Source: Gemmatimonadota bacterium (GTDB lineage: Bacteria > Blakebacterota > Blakebacteria > Blakebacterales > Blakebacteraceae). Taken from it: a stretch of 39,643 bases of DNA. The stretch spans positions 1 through 39,643 of the forward strand of contig DAOVKT010000002.1 of NCBI GenBank assembly GCA_030631625.1, written 5' to 3'. The notes beneath the pieces were generated by a model that saw only the letters and a list, made by a program, of their open reading frames with translations, had not been told where the DNA came from and did not search any database. Each line of letters opens with the position of its first letter. Position 1 is the stretch's first letter. Position numbers and translations under genes: made by a program. Below are positions 1-7,225 of the stretch, one piece after another.

Positions 1-36
1 GCTGCAAGCCTGAAGAGGGGCAACTTCGCCACGGGA

Positions 37-1311
37 TTAGACATGGCGCAGTGCCTCCGCGGCATCGAGCCTGCTCGCTCTGACCGCCGGATAAAGGGCA
101 GCCAGGCCGGCCAGCACTCCGGTGGATAGACCGATAACCACCATTGTTGACAGATCGAGGGAAAGATAAATAATATCCTTGACCGGATAACCGATGTCCA
201 TTTCGCCATACGTGGCGGTGAGGTTCCATCCTTTAATGTTGATCCAGCAGATCAGTACAAATGCTATAGCGGTACCGAGCGCACCTCCCAGCAGTCCGCA
301 CAAGGTACCCTCAGTCATAAAGAGTTTTCTGATTCCCTGCCTGCGCATTCCCATGGCCATCAGCATCCCTATCTCCCTGGTCCGTTCATAGGTGGCCATG
401 AGGATGGTATTTGTGATGCCGACAACGGCCATCAGCGCGAAAATCCCCAGCATTATGGCGTTACCGGTCCTTTTCATTTTCACCAGGGCTATGAAGTTCT
501 CCTCGAGGGCCCGCCACCCCTTTACCTCCAGCCCGTCTTCAGATTCCAGGGTGGAGGTCAACCTGCTCAATGCGGCCGATTCACGCGAGCCGGCACTGAA
601 GCGGACGGCCAGCTCGGTCACCATTCCCTCCATATCCAGGATATCCTGGGCCACTGTAAGCGGAATCATCAGGGTGTTCCGATCGATGAGGGGATTGCCC
701 GAACCGACTATGCCGGTTATGGGCAGATCGATTGCCTCATACGCACCATTCACCGTCTGACACAGGATCGTCAGCCAGTCACCGGCAGACACCGAAAAGA
801 GCTTGGCCAGACCACTGCCCAGAAGCATTCCTTCGTCGCTCTCTGAAAGATAACTGCCCTCCACTATCGTTGCAGGCAACCTGAACACGTCATCGTCACT
901 GCCTTCGACATCGATGCCGACTCCCTGGCAGGGGATCTGGTCGACTCCATTGGAGATCTGGGCGAAAAAGACCAGTCGCGGCGTTGTTGCGGCGATACCG
1001 GCCACAGAGGTGACGGTCGCTTGCAGATCGCCGATTTCACCGAGATTCGGTTCCAGAGGGTATTCATCCCTGTCGGCGAAATAGCCCTCGGCGAATATCT
1101 TGGCATGAGCCGTCTGGTAATTGATCAGATTGTCATACGACTGCTGTTCCAACCCTATTAAGAGGGAAAAGGATAACTGAAGCAGTAGAATTGCAATGGC
1201 GACGGTCGTGGCCGTTATCCATGTACGCCTTCTGTGGCGGGCCAGGTTGCGGATACCGAGGCGGAGGGTGGTCAACCATCCGACGGTTCCGGGTACGATC
1301 TCATGTGCCAT
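37..1311 (-). CDS. ABC transporter permease, FtsX/MacB-LolCE family
   Basis: Part of ORF 37..1353. N-terminal 'LRLGIRNLARHRRRTWIT' followed by a TM helix, a large periplasmic domain, and a C-terminal FtsX-type bundle ('YERTREIGMLMAMGMRRQGIRKLF'). I moved the start to ATG 1311 (MAHEIVPG...) because GGGAGGG lies about 8 nt upstream. That start overlaps the ATPase stop by 11 nt. Confidence 0.8.
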   Translation of the reverse strand: MAHEIVPGTVGWLTTLRLGIRNLARHRRRTWITATTVAIAILLLQLSFSLLIGLEQQSYDNLINYQTAHAKIFAEGYFADRDEYPLEPNLGEIGDLQATVTSVAGIAATTPRLVFFAQISNGVDQIPCQGVGIDVEGSDDDVFRLPATIVEGSYLSESDEGMLLGSGLAKLFSVSAGDWLTILCQTVNGAYEAIDLPITGIVGSGNPLIDRNTLMIPLTVAQDILDMEGMVTELAVRFSAGSRESAALSRLTSTLESEDGLEVKGWRALEENFIALVKMKRTGNAIMLGIFALMAVVGITNTILMATYERTREIGMLMAMGMRRQGIRKLFMTEGTLCGLLGGALGTAIAFVLICWINIKGWNLTATYGEMDIGYPVKDIIYLSLDLSTMVVIGLSTGVLAGLAALYPAVRASRLDAAEALRHV

Positions 1312-2011
1312 GGCCGTTACCCTCCCCGGCATTGTCAGATTCCACGCGGCCATCCCGCAGCAGGACCAGCCTCACGGCATGTTTCATAACGAGGGGATCG
1401 TGGGTGGAGAAGATGAAGGTGGTTCCCTTCTTCTCGTTCATCTCCTTCATAAGGGCCATGATCTCTTCGGCAGTAACACTATCGAGGTTGGCGGTAGGCT
1501 CATCAGCCAGGACCAGCGTCGGTTCCTTGACCAGAGCCCTGGCAACGGCCACCCTCTGCTGCTGCCCGCCGCTCAGTTCGTTGGGACGACGGTCAGAGAG
1601 ACCGGCCAGTCCCACGTCTTCGAGTATCTCCTCCACCTTTTGGCTCCGCTCCGCGTTATCCGAGATACCCTTCAGGTGAAGCGGAAATTCCACATTCTCA
1701 TGAGCGGTCAGAACGGGGATCAGGTTGAAGGTCTGGAAGATGAATCCCAGGTGGGTGTTCCTGAAATCTGCAAGCGTTTTCGGTTTAAGTCCCCCGGTTG
1801 ACGCTCCTCCTATTTCAATCGTTCCCGAGGTAGGTGTATCGAGAACTCCCAGCAGATTGAGCAGGGTAGTTTTTCCAGAACCGGATGGACCGGCAATAGC
1901 CATAAAATCACCCGGTTCAATATCGAGACTGACTCCCCTGACAGCTGGAACTTCGATCGGGCCTATGCTGTAGGTTTTCTCGACATCGATCAATCGTGCG
2001 GCAAGGGCCAT
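1301..2011 (-). CDS. ABC transporter ATP-binding protein (MacB/LolD-like)
   Basis: Walker A 'GPSGSGKTT', ABC signature 'LSGGQQQRVAVARAL', Walker B 'LVLADEPT', H-loop 'STHD'. Confidence 0.9.
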   Translation of the reverse strand: MALAARLIDVEKTYSIGPIEVPAVRGVSLDIEPGDFMAIAGPSGSGKTTLLNLLGVLDTPTSGTIEIGGASTGGLKPKTLADFRNTHLGFIFQTFNLIPVLTAHENVEFPLHLKGISDNAERSQKVEEILEDVGLAGLSDRRPNELSGGQQQRVAVARALVKEPTLVLADEPTANLDSVTAEEIMALMKEMNEKKGTTFIFSTHDPLVMKHAVRLVLLRDGRVESDNAGEGNGHGT

Positions 2012-2089
2012 GTGAGCCTGTCTTTCAGGTTATTTTTTCAATTTCTTCAAGGTTCAGTGTATGGAGTATTCCCCCTGTGAGGATCCTGT

Positions 2090-2689
2090 TCAGGGAAGGA
2101 TCGGCGGCTGATCACCACTTTCTCCCGGTTTGCCGAAGATCTCGGGATTGATGTCCTTGACCTCGGTACCGGATTCAACCACCGGTATTTTCAACTCCGC
2201 GGGCTTTGTCACCGGAAAGAGGCAGAATGTTTCAGTACAGGTCTGATATTCGACATTCAGCGTGGTTTTCAGCTCCCCGACCTCCGCATCCTCCGGTATG
2301 CGCCCGACAAGCCGTATCACTATCCGTTCATGGTACTGTTCGCCCACGAGCCCGGTGACCGGGACGCCTGCCTTTTCAAGGTCCTCCGGATAGCGTATGA
2401 ATGGCCAGTCGACAGGCGAATCATCAGGGACCTGAACTGAAGTGGGCCTTAGGTAAGGATCTGTGAGGGTATGGGCATTCAGGTGATACTCATCCATGAT
2501 GTCGAGTATCAGCGCAGCCTGGAAAGTCTCTCCGGGGTTGTATCCTGTCTTGGAAAGCGCCGGCGTGATGGTGACGACATCCTCGGGCCTGGCGACCTGG
2601 GCTCCTGTCATCCGCAACGGCAGCAGCAGGATGCATCCCGCAAGCATCAGCCCTGCGGAAACGCAACGGGTGGAATGCGCAATCTGCAC
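2090..2689 (-). CDS. secreted protein, DsbD N-terminal/DsbC-like domain (tentative)
   Basis: Signal peptide 'MQIAHSTRCVSAGLMLAGCILLLPLRMTGAQ'. Beta-rich body ending in the Cys pair 'EYQTCTETFCLFP', which from memory resembles PF11412-type domains. It is the first gene of the minus-strand ABC operon. Confidence 0.5.
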   Translation of the reverse strand: MQIAHSTRCVSAGLMLAGCILLLPLRMTGAQVARPEDVVTITPALSKTGYNPGETFQAALILDIMDEYHLNAHTLTDPYLRPTSVQVPDDSPVDWPFIRYPEDLEKAGVPVTGLVGEQYHERIVIRLVGRIPEDAEVGELKTTLNVEYQTCTETFCLFPVTKPAELKIPVVESGTEVKDINPEIFGKPGESGDQPPILP

Positions 2690-2788
2690 GTTCTGGTCTC
2701 CTGATATGAGCAGGATAGGGTCTTTTTACCCTACTCGCGGAAAGATAGGAAGGCTTGAACCGGCCTGCCAGACAGTTCTGCGTTCTCC

Positions 2789-2828
2789 TTGCACCTATGG
2801 GACGAGTTGGTGCATCGTACAGGTGCAA
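2789..2828. promoter_or_regulatory. 8-bp perfect inverted repeat TTGCACCT-N24-AGGTGCAA with an extra internal GGTGCA copy; candidate operator in the divergent promoter region
   Basis: Read directly: ttgcacct at 2789..2796, ggtgca at 2809..2814, aggtgcaa at 2821..2828. The site lies in the 230-bp gap between two divergent ABC operons. Confidence 0.25.
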
Positions 2829-2920
2829 AGAAAAGGTGGATGGATGAGTATAAAAGGATTCTCAAACTGTTCGAGACGCGTTTAAAGTAGGGAATACGAA
2901 GTGAAACGGAAGGAACCGGT

Positions 2921-3778
2921 ATGAACGCTCCGTCTGGAAGTTCTGCACCAAGGGTTCTGGTTGTAGACGACAATGAATCGGTCCGGGATTTTCTGACCGA
3001 GGTACTGACCGGCTGGGGCCCATTCGAGTCCGCCCCGTGCGAAGTGGAGACTGCGGCGAGCGTGCACGAAACCCTGCAGTTGCTCTCCGAACGTCCTTAC
3101 AACCTGGTGCTGCTGGATATGGTCCTGGGGGACGGGAACGGTCTTCAAGTGCTCGAGGAGCTTCAACATCACGATTCTCCTCCCTCTGTTATCATTGTTT
3201 CGGCCGATGATCCCCCTGACCTGCGTAAAAAGTGCCGGGAAATGGGAGCTGCCGCCTTCCTGAGGAAGGGGGACGGAGTAGAGGTACTGGTCAGGGAAAC
3301 CATGGCGCAGCTGGGTACCTCCCCGGCAAGTGTCATGCAGATCGAGCGGGAGGTGATGGAGATGGACCAGCGCAAGGAGGATAGCGGTCCGGGCCGCATC
3401 CTTATCGTGGACGACGATCCGCTGGTCTGCGATGCCCTGGAGAGCACGATGAAACTCTTCGAGAATGTTGAGGTACGCTCTGCACCCGGTGGACGGGCGG
3501 GACTGGAGATTGCCAAGGAGTGGCGTCCGCACGTTGTGCTGCTGGACATCGCCATGCCCGATATGGATGGCAGGCAGACTCTCAAGGAGATTACCGAAGC
3601 AGGCCTCAAGCCGCGTGTCATCATGATATCCGCATTCCGCGACTCGGAGATAGCCCAGGAATGTGTCGATCTGGGAGCCGTCGACTACATCCCGAAGCCG
3701 GTTGACTTCCCCTTCCTGCGGCGTGCCGTAGCAGGCCACCTGGCCCTGGCGAAGCGGGAGGTTGTCGAAGGTGCCTGA
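2921..3778 (+). CDS. tandem-receiver (REC-REC) response regulator without an output domain
   Basis: Two complete receiver domains. REC1: 'VLVVDDNES...LVLLDMVLGDGNG...IIVSA...FLRKG'. REC2: 'ILIVDDDPL...VVLLDIAMPDMDG...IMISA...YIPKP'. No HTH or enzymatic domain follows. Confidence 0.85.
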   Translation: MNAPSGSSAPRVLVVDDNESVRDFLTEVLTGWGPFESAPCEVETAASVHETLQLLSERPYNLVLLDMVLGDGNGLQVLEELQHHDSPPSVIIVSADDPPDLRKKCREMGAAAFLRKGDGVEVLVRETMAQLGTSPASVMQIEREVMEMDQRKEDSGPGRILIVDDDPLVCDALESTMKLFENVEVRSAPGGRAGLEIAKEWRPHVVLLDIAMPDMDGRQTLKEITEAGLKPRVIMISAFRDSEIAQECVDLGAVDYIPKPVDFPFLRRAVAGHLALAKREVVEGA

Positions 3779-4463
3779 GGCGGCCGTCCAGTGTTCCAAT
3801 CTGAAAAGGCACTTCACAAGGGCCGGGTATACGGTTCGCGCCGTCGACGGAATCACGCTGGAGGTGCAGGCAGGTGAACTGTTTGGTGTTGTCGGCACCA
3901 GCGGCTCCGGAAAGACCACCCTGCTTAATCTTATAGGAGGGCTGGACACCCCGACCGCCGGATATCTTGAGGTCATGGGCCAGTCGCTCGAATTGCTTGA
4001 CAGCCGCGAGCTGGCGCTCTACCGCCGATCGACCGTCGGGACCATCTTCCAGGCCTTCCACCTCCTGCTGGCTCGAACCGCCCTGGAGAACGTCGAACTG
4101 CCCCTTCTACTGCAGAATGTGGCGCCAAAGGAGAGGAAGGGCCTGGCGATGGATGCTCTGGAGCAGGTCGGCCTCCAGGCCCGTGCCGACCACCGTCCCT
4201 CTGAGCTCTCAGGCGGCGAACAGCAGAGGGTGGCGATCGCCAGGGCTCTGGCAAAGAATCCCCGGCTGCTGCTGGCCGACGAACCCACCGGCAACATCGA
4301 TAGCAGGACGAGCCGGGAGATCCTGGATCTGCTGCAGGGACTCAACCGCGATAGCGGGCTGACAGTGATCCTGGTCAGTCACGATGAGGAGGGGGTTGGC
4401 CGGATCGCCGACTGCATCGTCCGCCTCGAAGACGGGCGCGTTGTGGGAGAGGGCGGGGCATGA
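3762..4463 (+). CDS. ABC transporter ATP-binding protein (MacB/LolD-like)
   Basis: Walker A 'GTSGSGKTT', signature 'LSGGEQQRVAIARAL', Walker B 'LLLADEPT', 'VSHD'. The start is TTG 3762 or GTG 3771; both overlap the REC-REC stop at 3776..3778. Confidence 0.9.
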   Translation: MSKVPEAAVQCSNLKRHFTRAGYTVRAVDGITLEVQAGELFGVVGTSGSGKTTLLNLIGGLDTPTAGYLEVMGQSLELLDSRELALYRRSTVGTIFQAFHLLLARTALENVELPLLLQNVAPKERKGLAMDALEQVGLQARADHRPSELSGGEQQRVAIARALAKNPRLLLADEPTGNIDSRTSREILDLLQGLNRDSGLTVILVSHDEEGVGRIADCIVRLEDGRVVGEGGA

Positions 4464-5860
4464 TCCTCCGCGACCAGTTCCAGTACGCACTGAGCAACCT
4501 GCGGAAGACCCGCCTGCGGACGATACTGACTGCCGCCGGCGTCACTATAGGTATAGGCGCGATGACCAGCATGGTATCGATCGGTGTGGGCACCCAGAGG
4601 AATGTCATGCGTGCGTTCAACGAGGAGAACGTTCTGACCTCGGTGACCGTGCGACCCCCTGCCCGCAGGGAAGATGCGGGACCTGATTCATTGCCGGTCC
4701 TGGATGCCGCGGCCATTGAAAGGATGCGGATCCTGCCGGGGGCGCGGGATGCGTACCCGGTGCTGACCGTTCCCGGGCTGCTGCGTATCGGAGAGACGCA
4801 GCAGTTCCTGAGTCTGGAAGGCATGCCTGCGCGGGTGTTGGGGGAACAGTATGAACGCGGCAGGGTCAAGCTCCTTTCGGGCCGGCTCTACAAAGAGGGA
4901 GAGAAGGGAGGTGTGGTCATTTCCACCCGGGCGGTCCGCAGGCTGCTGCCTGAGGGAGCCGAACCCGACACCCTGGTCGGCCAGAAGGTCTCCTTCCTCA
5001 CCGCACAGGCGCCCGGCTTGGGAGGCCGGGAGGGGGAAGCAGGCGGTGAAACCAGTATGCTCGAAGGGATCGAACTCCCACCGATGTTGAACGCCCTTCC
5101 GCTTGAAAACCTGCTCCAGAGGCTGCCGCTCGGGCTTGTAGAACCGGTGCGCCTCGAGCTGACCGTGCTGGGGATTGTAGACGGGGCGGGTACCCTGACC
5201 GATTTCCTCGGCATATCCCTCTATGTGCCGGTTGATGTGGTCGAGCCCTTCTTTGCACGCGCCTTCCGGAGCCTGGAATCGGTGCTGACAGGTGAAACCG
5301 GGCGGGAGGGTTATCCGCTGGCACAGGTCCTTACCGATGATGTCATGGCAGTGCGCTCGGTGCAGGAGTCAGTCGTGGAGATGGGTTTCAGAGCGGATTC
5401 GATACTGGACCAGCTTGCCGAGATCCGGCTCGGCTTCATCTTCATGAATACCTTCCTTGCCACCATAGGCGGAATAAGCCTGCTTGTGGCCGCCATGATG
5501 ATAATCAATACCCTGGTGATGGCCGTCCTGGAGAGGACCAGGGAGATAGGACTGCTCAAAGCGATGGGGGCAACCGATGCGGATGTGATGCGGCTCTTCC
5601 TCTCCGAAGCCGGCCTGATCGGACTGATGGGGGGGATGGGAGGGCTCATACTGGGCTGGATAGTCGCCGAGATCACCAACATGATCGCCAACTACCAGTT
5701 CATGAAGATGGGAGAGATGAGAGTCGATCTGGTCGCCTTTCCCCCCTGGCTGATAATGGGGGGACTGGCATTCGCACTTATTGTCAGCCTTGCTGCCGGT
5801 TTCTACCCCTCACGCAGGGCCGCAAGGGTAGACCCCGTTGTGGCCCTGCGCTACTTCTGA
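4460..5860 (+). CDS. ABC transporter permease, FtsX/MacB family with a large periplasmic domain
   Basis: ATGA overlap with the ATPase stop. N-terminal 'LSNLRKTRLRTILTAAGVTIGIGAM', a periplasmic domain of about 270 aa, and a C-terminal FtsX bundle ('LERTREIGLLKAMGATDADVMRLF'). Confidence 0.85.
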   Translation: MILRDQFQYALSNLRKTRLRTILTAAGVTIGIGAMTSMVSIGVGTQRNVMRAFNEENVLTSVTVRPPARREDAGPDSLPVLDAAAIERMRILPGARDAYPVLTVPGLLRIGETQQFLSLEGMPARVLGEQYERGRVKLLSGRLYKEGEKGGVVISTRAVRRLLPEGAEPDTLVGQKVSFLTAQAPGLGGREGEAGGETSMLEGIELPPMLNALPLENLLQRLPLGLVEPVRLELTVLGIVDGAGTLTDFLGISLYVPVDVVEPFFARAFRSLESVLTGETGREGYPLAQVLTDDVMAVRSVQESVVEMGFRADSILDQLAEIRLGFIFMNTFLATIGGISLLVAAMMIINTLVMAVLERTREIGLLKAMGATDADVMRLFLSEAGLIGLMGGMGGLILGWIVAEITNMIANYQFMKMGEMRVDLVAFPPWLIMGGLAFALIVSLAAGFYPSRRAARVDPVVALRYF

Positions 5861-5863
5861 TTT

Positions 5864-6400
5864 CTATTTCCTCTTCTCGTAGTTGAGGGTCAGGGGTGTG
5901 CTCTGCATGCCGCCCGGCTGCACGAAGACCATCATCCAGGTGCCGTCTTCGTTCATTGTGTAGGTTTCGGTTGTGGTAATGGTCATGGAGCGGTCCCTCA
6001 TTTCCCTGGTCTGCGATCGATCCACGATCAGGGAATTGCGCTTCCATTCCGCCTTTATTGTTATTTCCCCCGACGGGGTTTCGATGGTTGTGGGTTCACC
6101 GTCCGTGGTGAAGATCTCCGTATAGCGTTCCCTGTCGCCCCGGGGTCCCTCATCTACCCTGGCGATTGTCATCGTGTCCTCTTCTACGGTGATCGTCATC
6201 TGTATAGTAAGTGAGGCGACACCACCACCTCCACCACCTCTCATGCGCCCGCCGCCGCTCTGCGGGATGATGCTTCTATCCTTCTTCAGAACCCACTTCC
6301 CGGATATATTGGGTGTCTGGGCACCGGCCAGGGCCGGCAGGACCAACAGGCACAGCAGTGCGGTCAGTGAAGGGCGGAGAACACGGATAGGGCGGAACAT
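5864..6400 (-). CDS. secreted small beta-barrel (lipocalin-like) protein, paralog A, unknown function
   Basis: Signal peptide 'MFRPIRVLRPSLTALLCLLVLPALAGAQ'. GGAGG lies 8 nt upstream of ATG 6400, so I prefer that start over 6415. Gly-rich loop 'GGGRMRGGGGGG'. Alignable along its length with the neighbouring gene. Confidence 0.6.
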   Translation of the reverse strand: MFRPIRVLRPSLTALLCLLVLPALAGAQTPNISGKWVLKKDRSIIPQSGGGRMRGGGGGGVASLTIQMTITVEEDTMTIARVDEGPRGDRERYTEIFTTDGEPTTIETPSGEITIKAEWKRNSLIVDRSQTREMRDRSMTITTTETYTMNEDGTWMMVFVQPGGMQSTPLTLNYEKRK

Positions 6401-6420
6401 TTTCAAAGCCTCCATCTTTC

Positions 6421-6939
6421 TTATAACTCCTTCTTGTTGTATACCGATCGCCTTATGAGGGTATCTCCCTGCGGATTAGGCATTTCCCTCTCAACAACCA
6501 GTTCCTTCCCGTCTTCACTCAAGACGTAGGTACTGGTCTGGGTGAAGGTCCTGGTCTGGCCGCCCCGGGACGTGGTACGCGTACGTTCGACAACCAGGGC
6601 GCCATCCTTCCAGTTGGCGGTTATCGTTGCTGAACCCATACCGGTTTCGGATTCGTGGGGCTCGCCGTCGACGATAATCGCCTCGATTACCTTCTGTTCC
6701 CCCTGCCGGCTCTGTCTCATCGTTTCGATCGCAATGTTGTTCCCTTCCTGAGTGATGGTCATATCGGAAGGTGTTCCCATGCGGCCGCGTCCTCCGACTC
6801 CGGGCTGATCGCTCTTCGACTGATTATAGACCCAGGTTCCCGAAAAATCGGTTGCCTGGGCGGCGGCCGGATCAGGGATGAGAAGAAGGCAGAGAAGAAG
6901 CGCAAGAGGTGCATAGAACAAACGGGTTGAACGGGACAT
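6421..6939 (-). CDS. secreted small beta-barrel (lipocalin-like) protein, paralog B, unknown function
   Basis: Start moved to ATG 6939 ('MSRSTRLFYAPLALLLCLLLIPDPAAAQ'), with GGAGGA about 10 nt upstream. Its 'FSGTWVYNQSKSD...MTITQEGNN..IVDGEP..ANWKDGALVVER..YVLSEDGKELVV' mirrors paralog A's 'ISGKWVLKKDRS..MTITVEEDT..TTDGEP..AEWKRNSLIVDR..YTMNEDGTWMMV'. Confidence 0.6.
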   Translation of the reverse strand: MSRSTRLFYAPLALLLCLLLIPDPAAAQATDFSGTWVYNQSKSDQPGVGGRGRMGTPSDMTITQEGNNIAIETMRQSRQGEQKVIEAIIVDGEPHESETGMGSATITANWKDGALVVERTRTTSRGGQTRTFTQTSTYVLSEDGKELVVEREMPNPQGDTLIRRSVYNKKEL

Positions 6940-7225
6940 TTTCGGAGTCCTCCTCGAGGAGTAACTGTATTCAATGGTTTCACTAGCTATTACCACGTAA
7001 GCAACAAGATGCTTCGACAATCTTACGGTGATTATACCATTGGACACTGCCGGAAGTGAATTGCCTGTCAGAAATATTCTCTTTTCACAGTGGAATACGG
7101 GTCACGATGTTCAGGCGATAGAAAGGCGAACATAGATATTTCGCAGCTATGCCAACAGGTTTCGGGCAGCAGAGGTACCGGCTGGTAAGCGAGGTGTCGG
7201 AGGCTAGACATTCCTTGCGGTCTGT

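Noticed and set aside
1-36. Possible start of a further minus-strand gene (GTG at 32..30, 'VAKLPLFRLAA')
   Set aside because: Only 10 codons are visible, which is too little to support a call.
2882-3976. 364-aa minus-strand ORF
   Set aside because: It lies antisense to the REC-REC and ABC ATPase genes, which carry unmistakable motifs. Its translation is Arg/Pro/Gly/His-rich with no motif. This is the usual shadow ORF of a GC-rich coding region.
6940-7047. N-terminal 36-aa extension of secreted paralog B
   Set aside because: The signal peptide and a GGAGGA SD are positioned for ATG 6939. The extension lies in a low-GC promoter-like region.
6940-7225. SOS box or ncRNA/tRNA in the lower-GC 286-bp gap upstream of mrfA
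   Set aside because: 'AACTGTATTCAATGGTTTCAC' starts like an E. coli-type LexA box but lacks the ACAG arm. I saw no tRNA hallmarks (no GTTCGAATC-like T-arm). The gap is best explained as a divergent promoter region.
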